A DNA stretch of 64,000 bases from Alphaproteobacteria bacterium (GTDB taxonomy: Bacteria; Pseudomonadota; Alphaproteobacteria; Rickettsiales; SXRF01), in assembly GCA_020054105.1 (NCBI GenBank), contig JAGVLW010000107.1, positions 4,645 to 68,644 of the forward strand, in the 5' to 3' direction. Under the pieces are notes generated by a model. It saw only the letters and a list, made by a program, of their open reading frames with translations. It was not told the origin of the DNA and ran no database searches. Both the position numbers and the translations under genes were made by a program. This document shows positions 18,455 through 27,071 of this stretch, one piece after another; positions within the stretch are counted from its first letter, which is position 1; each line of letters starts with the position of its first letter.

Positions 18455-19282
18455 ATGGGTTTATTTAAAAGAGGGGAGTCCGCCCCTAAATTCCGGGAAC
18501 CAAAAGGCATAGAGTTTGGCGTCGTTCCCAAAACCGCTTTTGACAAGATGGAGGTCGCCGACATCCAGCATTGGTTAGACGGCCGCTTTCATGATGCATG
18601 GGACGATTATTGCCCCAGCGTCGTCGATATTGGCGGACAAACCAGTTGGGTCCGCGAGAAATACACGGAGTTTTCGCCGGACGTACGGCAACGTTTTGCA
18701 GACGCGCTTCTAAACCTGTTCGATGAACTTGCTGCTGAGCCGAAGAAATGGAAAGACAAGCCGGTCACGGAACAATCGCCCGAACCCCACAGCCCTTCAA
18801 CGAAGTTGTTTATTTTTGCTGCAAATACCTTGCTAGAACATACCCTGCCGGAAACGCAACAAAAGCTTCAGCCTAAAATGCTGGCAATCATGGAGAGCGC
18901 ATCCACCACGCCTAACCAAAAAATCATGGCCGCAAATATGCTGGTTGGCTTGGAATACGAAGCGGAGGACAGATTTTGGCTAGAATTGGGCAAGCGCATT
19001 CCCGACTCGGCCGAGATCGTCTTTAGCGGCATTGCCATCCAGCACCCGCAGGCCGCCTTCGCATTTCTCGCCGAGCAGCCGTGGCATACTGATCCGAGCA
19101 AGGGCACGTTTGCCTTGATAGCCGCCTTCGCCGAAACCGCAGAGCGGCATGGCGAAGAAGTGGTAGATAAAGGCATCGCTTTACTGGCCGAAAAACATCC
19201 CGAAGCGAAAAGCCAGATCGCTGAAATTAAAAATCGCTATAAAGGAATAATGCGCGAAATGGCCAAAGAGGGTAGACAATAG
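18455..19282 (+). CDS. hypothetical protein (orphan, helical)
   Basis: 275-aa ORF with AGGAG 7 nt upstream, preceded by an AT-rich 170-nt spacer. I recognise no motif. Confidence 0.5.
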   Translation: MGLFKRGESAPKFREPKGIEFGVVPKTAFDKMEVADIQHWLDGRFHDAWDDYCPSVVDIGGQTSWVREKYTEFSPDVRQRFADALLNLFDELAAEPKKWKDKPVTEQSPEPHSPSTKLFIFAANTLLEHTLPETQQKLQPKMLAIMESASTTPNQKIMAANMLVGLEYEAEDRFWLELGKRIPDSAEIVFSGIAIQHPQAAFAFLAEQPWHTDPSKGTFALIAAFAETAERHGEEVVDKGIALLAEKHPEAKSQIAEIKNRYKGIMREMAKEGRQ

Positions 19283-19297
19283 CTTCCTCATATTGCT

Positions 19298-20311
19298 CTA
19301 ACGCAGCTGCGTCAGGCGCATGAGCTTGCGGTGGCTGGCGGGGGCGGGGGGCAGATCACTGGTTTTGCTGGCAAGCTCGGCTTCGATCAGCAGCTTCAGC
19401 GCCTTGGCGATCTGCTCCACATTCCATTGCTGCACATGCCGCGCCAGTATCGGCGCTTGCCGGAAAAATACCGGCGGGCGCAGCGACGCGATCACCTGTT
19501 CGGCGGGCACACCCGCATCCACCTGTGATCGCAGCATGTAAAGCCGGTTGAAATAGCGCTGCAGCGCGCGCAGATAGCCCACCGGCTGGGCACCCTCGCG
19601 CAGCAGGCGCGTGAGCGTCTGGTCGAGCGTTTGCAGGTTTTTATCGGCCACGGCATTGACCACGTCGTCGAAATGCGTGTCGCGGTTATAATCGACCAGT
19701 GCCTGCACATCTTCAAGCGCCACGCGCTTGCTTTCGCCGGCATAGGTGATGATCTTTTCCAGCTCCTGCAAAGTGACGTAGCGGTCGTTGCCGAGCTGTG
19801 CGGCGAGATAGTCGGTAGCATCGCGGTCGGCGCGCACGCCCACCGCCTCAAAGCTTTTGCGGATGACCTCGTGGACGTCGCGCGCTTCGTCTTTATAGCA
19901 GGCGATGGCGGCAGCCAACGGCTCTTTCTCGGCCCAGGCGCGCAAGCTTGAGCGCGTGCCCAGCTCGCCGGCCATGAGCAGCAAAAACACGTCCGGGTGA
20001 AAAAACGCCGCGGCGGCCTCGACGGTTTTGGTGAGCTTGTCGGTGGCGTCGCGGATGACGATGACGCGCTTGCCGCCCATCAGGCTTACCGCCGACAGCT
20101 CGTCGGCAAGCAGGGCGGGGTCGGCGGCGAGCTTCGCCTCATCCATCTCCACCAGGGCGAACGGATCGTCGCTTGCGGCCAGAATCGTTTTTTTGATGCG
20201 CTGCATGCGCTCGCGCACCAAGCCCGAATCGGGCCCGTATAGCAGCGCGCAGCGATATTGCGCATCGGGCCTGGCAAGGACGGACTCGGCGGCTTTGGGC
20301 GCTATTTTCAT
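19298..20311 (-). CDS. holA: DNA polymerase III delta subunit
   Basis: 337 aa with CALLYGPDSGLVRERMQRI at the N-terminus. Conserved leuS-lptE-holA synteny supports the call. Confidence 0.8.
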   Translation of the reverse strand: MKIAPKAAESVLARPDAQYRCALLYGPDSGLVRERMQRIKKTILAASDDPFALVEMDEAKLAADPALLADELSAVSLMGGKRVIVIRDATDKLTKTVEAAAAFFHPDVFLLLMAGELGTRSSLRAWAEKEPLAAAIACYKDEARDVHEVIRKSFEAVGVRADRDATDYLAAQLGNDRYVTLQELEKIITYAGESKRVALEDVQALVDYNRDTHFDDVVNAVADKNLQTLDQTLTRLLREGAQPVGYLRALQRYFNRLYMLRSQVDAGVPAEQVIASLRPPVFFRQAPILARHVQQWNVEQIAKALKLLIEAELASKTSDLPPAPASHRKLMRLTQLR

Positions 20312-20979
20312 AGCAGACTGTCGAAAATGCCCTTGTTGCCCTTGGGCACCGGCCTGATCGTCGGCACCTCGTTCTCGTCGGGAATCTTGTTGGTTTTTTC
20401 TTCCAGCGGCAGGGGTTCTTCGGGCAGGGGCTGCTTGCGCGGCGGCGCGACATAGCCAGCAGTCAGGAAAGGCGCCAGCCGCTGGCGGTACATCTCGCCC
20501 AGTTCGCCGATGCCACGCTTGACGGCGTCTTCCTCGGAAATATAGGTCGAGAAATAGGCGCCGGTGACGTTGTTATAGCTGCTGACATGACGGACATTGC
20601 CGGTGGTGACGACCGCATCGTCGCTGTTGCGTATCAGCTTATATTGCGAATAGAGATGGACGTTATAGCGCGACACTGTGCCGTCGCGGGCGATGCCGAT
20701 GGGGCTGGCGGTACTGGTAAGGCTCGCATTCAGGCGATAGGCGGGATTGACCGGCACCGCGCCGCCGGGGTTGAGATTATCTTCCAGCGCGAATTTGAGG
20801 AGCTGGCTGTCGCGGTCGCGCCCGACAGGCTCGATACTCACCCCGGCCAGCGACTTGGGAACCGCGCCGTCTTTCTTGCCGTAGACCGGCTGGAAGCCGC
20901 AGGCGGTAAACCAGAAAACAGGCAACAGGTAACAGGTTACGGAAAATATCTTTCTTATCCGCCACCTGACACCTGACAC
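20308..20979 (-). CDS. lptE: LPS-assembly lipoprotein LptE
   Basis: Lipobox FWFTAC followed by GFQPVYG, and the position between leuS and holA fits. The track ORF (to 21060) overlaps the leuS 3' end. I favour GTG 20979, 8 nt after the leuS stop, with ATG 21003 as the alternative. The start and signal peptide are encoded by repeat C4. Confidence 0.65.
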   Translation of the reverse strand: MSGVRWRIRKIFSVTCYLLPVFWFTACGFQPVYGKKDGAVPKSLAGVSIEPVGRDRDSQLLKFALEDNLNPGGAVPVNPAYRLNASLTSTASPIGIARDGTVSRYNVHLYSQYKLIRNSDDAVVTTGNVRHVSSYNNVTGAYFSTYISEEDAVKRGIGELGEMYRQRLAPFLTAGYVAPPRKQPLPEEPLPLEEKTNKIPDENEVPTIRPVPKGNKGIFDSLL

Positions 20980-20988
20980 CTGTAACCT
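20917..20988. repeat. Family C heptamer inverted array (C4) at the leuS/lptE junction
   Basis: AACAGGCAACAGGTAACAGGTTACGG - loop - CCGCCACCTGACACCTGACACCTGTAACC. It contains the leuS stop and the lptE start and signal-peptide codons. Confidence 0.85.
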
Positions 20989-23707
20989 AATTTGCGACCA
21001 CATTGACGATCCTGTTGGGCACGACGATGATTTTAACGACCGTTTTATCTTTAAGCGCATCCTTGACGGCTTGCAACTCCAATGCGGCGCGCTCGGCTCC
21101 GGCCTTATCCATATCCCTGGGCAAATTCAGGGTGCCCTTGAGCTTGCCGTTGATCTGCACCGCCACCGTCACCTCGTCATCGGCAAGCAGCGCGGCATCG
21201 GCCACCGGCCAGGCCGACTGGGTCAACGATTCCTTATGGCCGAGCTGCTGCCATAATTCCTCGGCCAGATGCGGCATGAAGGGCGCGATGAGGCGAACTA
21301 CGGCATCGATGGTTTCCGCGATTGCAAAGGCCGTTTCCGGGGCAGGGGCGGCGTTATTTGCCGTCATCTCCCCCAGCAGGTTCGTCAGCTCGCGGATACG
21401 CGCGATCGCCTTGTTGAAATGGAACCGCTCGATGTCGTCGGTGACGGCGGCGATGGTTTGGTGGGTGGCCTTGCGTAGGCGCAAGGAGTCGTTAGTCGTT
21501 AGTTGTGAGTCGTTAGTATTTTCCTTGCTAACGACTAGCGACTTATGACTAACGACTAACTTCCACAATCTTTGGATATAGCGCCAAGCGCCTTCGATGC
21601 CGGCGTCGGTCCATTCCAAATCGCGCTCGGGCGGGCTGTCGGAAAGCATGAATAGCCGCGCCGCGTCGGCGCCGTAGCTTTCCATGATATGGCGCGGGTC
21701 GACGGTGTTTTTCTTCGATTTGCTCATTTTTTCAACGCGGCCGACGGTGACGGGCTTGCCGGTTTTTAATTCGATAACGATAGGTGACAGGTGACGGGTA
21801 ACAGGTGACAGAGGAGTATCTTCTGTTGCCTGTTGCCTGTTATCTGTTTCCTCTATCCTCACTTCCTCCGGCGAGAGCCACTTGCCGTCCGCCGATTTAT
21901 AGGTCTCGTGGCAGATCATGCCCTGGGTTTCCAGCCGCTTGAACGGCTCGGGAGGAACCGAAAACCCGCACTTCGCCAAAGCGCGGCAAAAAAACCGCGA
22001 ATAGAGCAAATGCAGCACCGCATGCTCGATGCCGCCGATATAGCAATCGACCGGCAACCATTTTTCCACCGCTTTTGGCTCGAGCGGGTCGGGCGAGGGC
22101 AGTGTGGCGAAACGGGCGAAATACCAGGAAGATTCGAAGAAGGTGTCGAACGTGTCGGTCTCGCGCCGGGCAGGCTTGTCGCAGGCCGGGCAGGCCACAT
22201 GCTTCCAGGTCGGGTGGCGCTCCAGCGGGTTGCCGGGCTTGTCGAACGTTACGTCGCGCGGCAACTCCACCGGCAGGTCTTTTTCGGGAACGGGAACCGC
22301 GCCGCAGCCGTCGCAATAAATAATCGGGATCGGGCAGCCCCAGTAACGCTGGCGGGAAATGCCCCAGTCGCGCAGGCGGTAGTTGATTTTAGCCTTGCCG
22401 GCGCCGCGTTTTTCCAGCTCGGCGATGGCTTTTTGCTTGGCCTCTTCGACAGAAAGACCGTTTAGGAAATCGGAATTGATGAGGGTGCCGTCGCCTAAGT
22501 AAGGTAAGTCCTTAGTCGTAAGTCGTGAGTCGTTAGTAGTATTTTCGCTAACGACTAACGACTCAGGACTAACGACCGGAAGTATAGGCAGCCCATATTT
22601 CACCGCGAATTCATAGTCGCGCTGGTCGTGGGCCGGGCAGCCGAAAATCGCGCCGGTGCCGTAATCCATCAGCACGAAATTGGCAACGTATAGCGGTACT
22701 TCCCGCCCGTCGAACGGATGGATGATTTTCAGGCCGGTATCGAAGCCTTTTTTCTCGGCCTTCTCGATCGCCTCCTGGCTGGTGCCGAGCTGGTTGCATT
22801 CGGCGATGAAAGCAGAGAGTCTAGAGTCTAGAGTCGAGAGTCGAGTAGACAAAGGATGGTTTGACGCAATAGCGCAAAAGGACATGCCGAAAATAGTATC
22901 CGGCCGGGTGGTATAAATTTCTAAGTCCTTAGTCGTTAGTCCATAGTCGTAAGTGGAATCTTGGTTACTAACGACTAACGACTCACCACTAACGACTTGA
23001 AGACGTAATGTTGCGCCGGAGGACTTACCAATCCATTTCTCCTGCATGAGGCGAACTTTTTCCGGCCAGGCGTCAAGCGACGCCAGGCTTTGCAAAAGCT
23101 CCTCGGCGTAATCGGTGATGCGCAAGAACCACTGCGATAATTTGCGCCGCTCCACCGGCGCGCCGGAGCGCCAGCCGCGCCCGTCGATCACCTGCTCGTT
23201 GGCCAGCACCGTGTTATCTACCGGGTCCCAATTCACCTCGGCTTCTTTGCGGTAGGCAAGGCCGGCTTCGAGGAATTTCAGGAAAAAACGCTGCTCATGC
23301 TTGTAATAGTCCGGCAAGCACGTCGCCAGCTCGCGCGACCAGTCGTAGGACAGGCCGATCAGCCCCAGCTGTTCGCGCATGGTGTCGATATTGGCGAGCG
23401 TCCAGTCCTGCGGATGCGCGCCGCGCTCGATGGCGGCGTTCTCGGCGGGCAGGCCGAACGCGTCCCAGCCCATCGGGTGCAGCACCGCAAAGCCCTGCAT
23501 CTGCTTGGCGCGCGCCACCACGTCGCCCAGCGTGTAGTTGCGCACATGGCCCATATGGATGTTGCCGGAAGGGTAGGGGAACATCTCGAGCACATAATAG
23601 TTCGGCTTGCCGCCGGCGTTGCTTGCGGCAAAGCTTTGCGCCTGCCGCCAATGGCGCTGCCACTTTGCTTCGGTCTCGCGAAAATTATAGCGGGAAGGTT
23701 CGGTCAT
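20987..23707 (-). CDS. leuS: leucine--tRNA ligase
   Basis: [13 protein letters not shown] (HIGH) and KMSKSKKN (KMSKS) motifs within full-length LeuS sequence. Carries five heptamer-array segments in frame. Confidence 0.95.
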   Translation of the reverse strand: MTEPSRYNFRETEAKWQRHWRQAQSFAASNAGGKPNYYVLEMFPYPSGNIHMGHVRNYTLGDVVARAKQMQGFAVLHPMGWDAFGLPAENAAIERGAHPQDWTLANIDTMREQLGLIGLSYDWSRELATCLPDYYKHEQRFFLKFLEAGLAYRKEAEVNWDPVDNTVLANEQVIDGRGWRSGAPVERRKLSQWFLRITDYAEELLQSLASLDAWPEKVRLMQEKWIGKSSGATLRLQVVSGESLVVSNQDSTYDYGLTTKDLEIYTTRPDTIFGMSFCAIASNHPLSTRLSTLDSRLSAFIAECNQLGTSQEAIEKAEKKGFDTGLKIIHPFDGREVPLYVANFVLMDYGTGAIFGCPAHDQRDYEFAVKYGLPILPVVSPESLVVSENTTNDSRLTTKDLPYLGDGTLINSDFLNGLSVEEAKQKAIAELEKRGAGKAKINYRLRDWGISRQRYWGCPIPIIYCDGCGAVPVPEKDLPVELPRDVTFDKPGNPLERHPTWKHVACPACDKPARRETDTFDTFFESSWYFARFATLPSPDPLEPKAVEKWLPVDCYIGGIEHAVLHLLYSRFFCRALAKCGFSVPPEPFKRLETQGMICHETYKSADGKWLSPEEVRIEETDNRQQATEDTPLSPVTRHLSPIVIELKTGKPVTVGRVEKMSKSKKNTVDPRHIMESYGADAARLFMLSDSPPERDLEWTDAGIEGAWRYIQRLWKLVVSHKSLVVSKENTNDSQLTTNDSLRLRKATHQTIAAVTDDIERFHFNKAIARIRELTNLLGEMTANNAAPAPETAFAIAETIDAVVRLIAPFMPHLAEELWQQLGHKESLTQSAWPVADAALLADDEVTVAVQINGKLKGTLNLPRDMDKAGAERAALELQAVKDALKDKTVVKIIVVPNRIVNVVAN
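21487..21560. repeat. Family D heptamer inverted array (D1), in frame in leuS
   Basis: AGTCGTTAGTCGTTAGTTGTGAGTCGTTAGT - ATTTTCCTTGC - TAACGACTAGCGACTTATGACTAACGACTAAC, encoding [25 protein letters not shown]. Confidence 0.9.
21782..21851. repeat. Family C heptamer inverted array (C5), in frame in leuS
   Basis: AGGTGACAGGTGACGGGTAACAGGTGACAG - loop - CTGTTGCCTGTTGCCTGTTATCTGTTTCC, encoding [23 protein letters not shown]. Confidence 0.9.
22496..22576. repeat. Family D heptamer inverted array (D2), in frame in leuS
   Basis: TAAGTAAGGTAAGTCCTTAGTCGTAAGTCGTGAGTCGTTAGT - AGTATTTTCGC - TAACGACTAACGACTCAGGACTAACGAC, encoding [27 protein letters not shown]. Confidence 0.9.
22814..22850. repeat. heptamer array AGAGTCT/AGAGTCG (D4), single arm, in frame in leuS
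   Basis: AGAGTCT AGAGTCT AGAGTCG AGAGTCG AGTAGAC, encoding [11 protein letters not shown]. Confidence 0.8.
22921..22996. repeat. Family D heptamer inverted array (D3), in frame in leuS
   Basis: CTAAGTCCTTAGTCGTTAGTCCATAGTCGTAAGT - GGAATCTTGGT - TACTAACGACTAACGACTCACCACTAACGAC, encoding [26 protein letters not shown]. Confidence 0.9.
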
Positions 23708-23715
23708 GTTTAATA

Positions 23716-23839
23716 GGAGAATTGAAGAAATGAGGAATTGAAGAATTGAGGAAATATAGTGCAGTTATAAAATGCGATTGTCTTATTCTTCATTTCTTCA
23801 TTTCTTCAGTTCCTCATTTCTTCAGTTCCTCATTTCCCC
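23716..23839. repeat. Family A octamer inverted array (A2), between the DUF3576 gene and leuS
   Basis: GGAGAATTGAAGAAATGAGGAATTGAAGAATTGAGGAAAT - 29-nt loop - ATTCTTCATTTCTTCATTTCTTCAGTTCCTCATTTCTTCAGTTCCTCATTTCCCC. Confidence 0.9.
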
Positions 23840-23842
23840 TTC

Positions 23843-24352
23843 TTATCTCCCCTGGTTCACCCTTAGCTGCCTTGCGCGCGTCAGGATCGTGTCTTCCAGC
23901 GAGCGTTCCAGCTTGGTATCGACCTTCTGGTCGCGCCAGACATTCTTGTCGAACTTCTGCTTGAACACGCTGATTTTTACCCCGTCGGCGCGCAGGGTTT
24001 TATCGAGGATGATCGCGTTGATCTTGAAGCGTTCGCCGAGCGTTTTCGGGTCTTCGTACCAATCGGTGATAATCACCCCGCCAAACGGATCGGCCGAGGC
24101 CAGAGGCATGAAGGAAAGCGTGTCGAGCGTAGCGCGCCACAAATAGCTGTTGACGCCCAGCGGCGAGGCCGTGGCCTTGCCTTCGTCGCTGCCGCCAAAC
24201 ATCACCAGCCCCTCTTCGCCGGTAAGTTTACCCCGGCTATCTTTGCGCGCCTTTTTATGGTCCTGAGGTGTGCCAGCGCTCTCGGTTTTGATGCCGTCCG
24301 CGCAGGCGCAAAGCGTAAAAGCGCAGGCAAGAAGGATGAGGTATCGTTTCAT
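23843..24352 (-). CDS. DUF3576-type lipoprotein
   Basis: Lipobox LCAC. NSYLWRATLDTLSFMPLASADPFGGVIITDWYE is the DUF3576 signature as I remember it. Confidence 0.7.
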   Translation of the reverse strand: MKRYLILLACAFTLCACADGIKTESAGTPQDHKKARKDSRGKLTGEEGLVMFGGSDEGKATASPLGVNSYLWRATLDTLSFMPLASADPFGGVIITDWYEDPKTLGERFKINAIILDKTLRADGVKISVFKQKFDKNVWRDQKVDTKLERSLEDTILTRARQLRVNQGR

Positions 24353-24391
24353 GTAAAAGCTCCGTAATGCGAAGCCGGAGTCTACACAAAG

Positions 24392-24419
24392 AAAAAGGGC
24401 GGTGCAAGCACCGCCCTTT
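24392..24419 (-). terminator. Rho-independent terminator of the porin gene
   Basis: GGGCGGTG-CAAG-CACCGCCC stem-loop. On the minus strand it is followed by a T-run (TTTTTC), 25 nt after the porin stop. Confidence 0.8.
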
Positions 24420-24443
24420 AGAGTCTCTAGAGTATTTTCTAGA

Positions 24444-25613
24444 TTAGAAGCTCAGCTGAGTACCAGCAATGAACACCGTGCCGTCATTGTCTGCGGCAGC
24501 AGTTGCAACATCGTTGTCGATGAAGCTAACTTCAGCATACGGCGTCAGGCCGGGTGCCAGTTTGTAGTCCACGCCAACTGAGATGTTCTGGAATTCGTTA
24601 TCAACAGTAGCGGTGCTTTGGTAGGTGCTATCCAAATAGGTAACACTTACGCCGAAGGGACCGGTTTCGTAAGCAGCGCCTACCGTGAAGTAGTCGTTGT
24701 CATCGAACGCAGATTCGCCGGTTACACGGAGTGAATCACCCCAATCGCCATACGAACCAGCAACGCTGAAGCCCATGTAGCTGAACTTCACGCCGGCGTT
24801 CCAAGCCTGCAGATCTTCGGTGGTGGCAACAGTTGCATCGCCGGTGGTGCCGGTTACTGCAGCCGCGAAGCCAACATCGCTGAACTTGCCTTCGTAGCTG
24901 ATACCGCCTTCAAACACGTTCTCAACCAGAGAATCGGTAGCAGCCGTAGCACCGATATCATTACGGTTAACGGTCTGGCCACGCTGCGTATCAACCAGGT
25001 AGCTTACGCCGAGCTGGAAGCCAGCGAAGCGCGGGGTGTAGTAGCTTACCTTGTTGGCATTCTCTAAACCTTCGTCACCGAAAGTGCCACTGTTGGTGTA
25101 TACGCCGTCAAAGCCGTAATCAAGCGGCAGCTCCGGAGTAGCAATGACATGCGTGCCAACGGCGTTGGTAGCTGAATCGAGGAAATAGCGGAAATCGCCA
25201 TCGATACCGCCGGTCGCACGAGCGATGCGCGAAGCATCTACTTTCATAGCGGCAGCAACACCGGTGGTCGAACCACCTTCAAAACGGCCCCAATTGTCGC
25301 CGCTCAAGTACACGAAAGTCTTGGAAGCGTTGGTGCCTTGATTGTCAGAATCAGCCGTGGTATCGGTCTCAACATCGACGCCACCGCCGTAGCCGAGGCC
25401 ACCATCGGTTTTGCCGTCAACGCGGAAGGTCAGTTCCGTATCGCTACGGAAAGCTTGCGAACGTTGGTTGGTATCCAGATCTTCGTTAACGACGCCGACT
25501 TGGAAGTCAGCAACGCCACCGAGAGTCACTTTCGGCCCGTCGGCGAGAGCAGCGCCTGCGAACAGGCCGGTTGCGCCGATGAGGGTCGTCGTACCGAGGA
25601 GAATTTTTTTCAT
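24444..25613 (-). CDS. outer-membrane porin (alphaproteobacterial general porin type)
   Basis: Signal peptide ending ALA, alternating beta-strand pattern, Gly/Asp/Thr-rich loops, and a C-terminal aromatic residue (LSF). Confidence 0.8.
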   Translation of the reverse strand: MKKILLGTTTLIGATGLFAGAALADGPKVTLGGVADFQVGVVNEDLDTNQRSQAFRSDTELTFRVDGKTDGGLGYGGGVDVETDTTADSDNQGTNASKTFVYLSGDNWGRFEGGSTTGVAAAMKVDASRIARATGGIDGDFRYFLDSATNAVGTHVIATPELPLDYGFDGVYTNSGTFGDEGLENANKVSYYTPRFAGFQLGVSYLVDTQRGQTVNRNDIGATAATDSLVENVFEGGISYEGKFSDVGFAAAVTGTTGDATVATTEDLQAWNAGVKFSYMGFSVAGSYGDWGDSLRVTGESAFDDNDYFTVGAAYETGPFGVSVTYLDSTYQSTATVDNEFQNISVGVDYKLAPGLTPYAEVSFIDNDVATAAADNDGTVFIAGTQLSF

Positions 25614-25878
25614 ACGTTGTTCCCTTTTGAGTTAAAAAACTGTGACTTAATAATTGCTTATAAAGACACTTCAGGATACATAAAGCATGACACTTTATGC
25701 ATTTACCTGGGGCTATTTATGTGCAAACTGGGCGGTGTTGCAAGTCGTAAGGTCGTTGACAGGGGGAAAAAGGGGGCTTTTCACCCTGTCTGTTGCAATA
25801 TGGCAACAAAACAGGGGCTAAAACCTTGAAATTTTAATTGTTTGTTAATTATCAAAGGCATTTTTGAGGCATAAGGCG

Positions 25879-26607
25879 ATGACACTGGCGGCAGCGGTGG
25901 AAACAATCCGTAAAACCATAGAAAAAACAGCTAAAAACAGGCTGTTGTCCACGGATTCCGTCACCTTGCTGGCCGCCAGCAAAGGGCAGTCGGCGGCGCG
26001 TATCGAGGAAGCCATCGCCCTGGGCGTAGCGGTTTTCGGGGAAAACAAGGTGCAGGAGGCGGCCGAGAAATGGCCGGCCATCAAGCAACGCCACCAGAAT
26101 GTGGCGCTCCATCTCATCGGCCCGCTGCAAACCAACAAGGTGAAAGACGCGCTGGCACTGTTTGACGTGATTCAAACGCTGGATAGGCCTTCGCTAGCGA
26201 ATTCGCTAGCGAAGGAATTGAAGAATTGGGGAAATGAAGAATTGAAGAAAAAAGAATCTTCAATTCCTCAATTCTTCAATTCCTCAATTCCCACTTTCTA
26301 CATCCAAATCAACACCGGCGAAGAGCCGCAGAAAGCCGGGGTTTTACCAAAAGACGCCGACGCCTTTATTGAAGATTGCGTTACAGGATTGAAGCTACCG
26401 GTCGTCGGGTTGATGTGCGTGCCGCCGGCAGATCAGCCGCCGGCGCCGCATTTCGCGCTGCTGCGCACGATCGCGCTTCGTCATGGGTTGCGTGAACTCA
26501 GCATGGGCATGAGCGGCGATTATGAAACGGCGATTCGGATGGGCAGCACATGCGTGCGGGTGGGGACGGCGTTGTTTGGGGAGAGGAAGCGGGAATTGGA
26601 GAAATGA
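25879..26607 (+). CDS. yggS: YggS-family pyridoxal-phosphate homeostasis protein
   Basis: LLAASKGQS (PLP lysine), FGENKVQEA, HLIGPLQTNKVK and LSMGMSGDYETAI motifs. The start is set at ATG 25879 with AAGG upstream; the track uses TTG 25864. Contains repeat A3, and the stop lies inside repeat A4. Confidence 0.85.
   Translation: MTLAAAVETIRKTIEKTAKNRLLSTDSVTLLAASKGQSAARIEEAIALGVAVFGENKVQEAAEKWPAIKQRHQNVALHLIGPLQTNKVKDALALFDVIQTLDRPSLANSLAKELKNWGNEELKKKESSIPQFFNSSIPTFYIQINTGEEPQKAGVLPKDADAFIEDCVTGLKLPVVGLMCVPPADQPPAPHFALLRTIALRHGLRELSMGMSGDYETAIRMGSTCVRVGTALFGERKRELEK
26191..26292. repeat. perfect 22-bp palindrome plus Family A octamer inverted array (A3), in frame in yggS
   Basis: TCGCTAGCGAATTCGCTAGCGA is a perfect palindrome. 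It is followed by AGGAATTGAAGAATTGGGGAAATGAAGAATTGAAGAA - AAAAGAAT - CTTCAATTCCTCAATTCTTCAATTCCTCAATTCCC. Together they encode SLANSLAKELKNWGNEELKKKESSIPQFFNSSIP. Confidence 0.92.
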
Positions 26608-26671
26608 GGAATTGGGGAAAAATCGATCCTCTCTTGATTCTTCATTTCCTCATTTCTTCAATTCCCCATTT
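26591..26671. repeat. Family A octamer inverted array (A4) containing the yggS stop
   Basis: GGGAATTGGAGAAATGAGGAATTGGGGAAAAA - loop - GATTCTTCATTTCCTCATTTCTTCAATTCCCCATTTC. The yggS TGA is the TGA of a GAAATGAGG unit. Confidence 0.88.
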
Positions 26672-26675
26672 CAAG

Positions 26676-27056
26676 CTACGAAAGCCCGTTTGCCTCTTCG
26701 TACTTCCCACTCGCCGCCGCAAACAGGCTGCCGCCAATATCCTTGCCGCTATCGCTTTGGATAATTTCATTGGCCAGCGCCACTAAAAACCCGAACGGCC
26801 CGCCAAACAGCGTGCCACCGAGCAGGCGGGCGCCGCTGGAAATCGTGTCGCCGCTGAGTTCGCGATAGGCGGTGGAAATGCCGGGTAGTTGCTGGAGCGG
26901 ATTGACGATGTCGAGCAGATCGGCAAAGCCTGCGAAAAAATCGTCATTGACGATGTCGGGCGCTTTATTCATGCGCTGCTGATAAGGCGAGAGATTCGCC
27001 TGCGGCGGATAAATGGTGATTTCGGTAGTCATGCCAACCAGGAGAGCAAGAACCAT
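26676..27056 (-). CDS. hypothetical protein downstream of atpC
   Basis: 126-aa ORF starting 13 nt after the atpC stop on the same strand. Contains DLLDIVNPLQQLPGIS...GGTLFGGPFGF. I cannot name a family, and the start is uncertain. Confidence 0.45.
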   Translation of the reverse strand: MVLALLVGMTTEITIYPPQANLSPYQQRMNKAPDIVNDDFFAGFADLLDIVNPLQQLPGISTAYRELSGDTISSGARLLGGTLFGGPFGFLVALANEIIQSDSGKDIGGSLFAAASGKYEEANGLS

Positions 27057-27071
27057 GCCGCCTACTATTCT

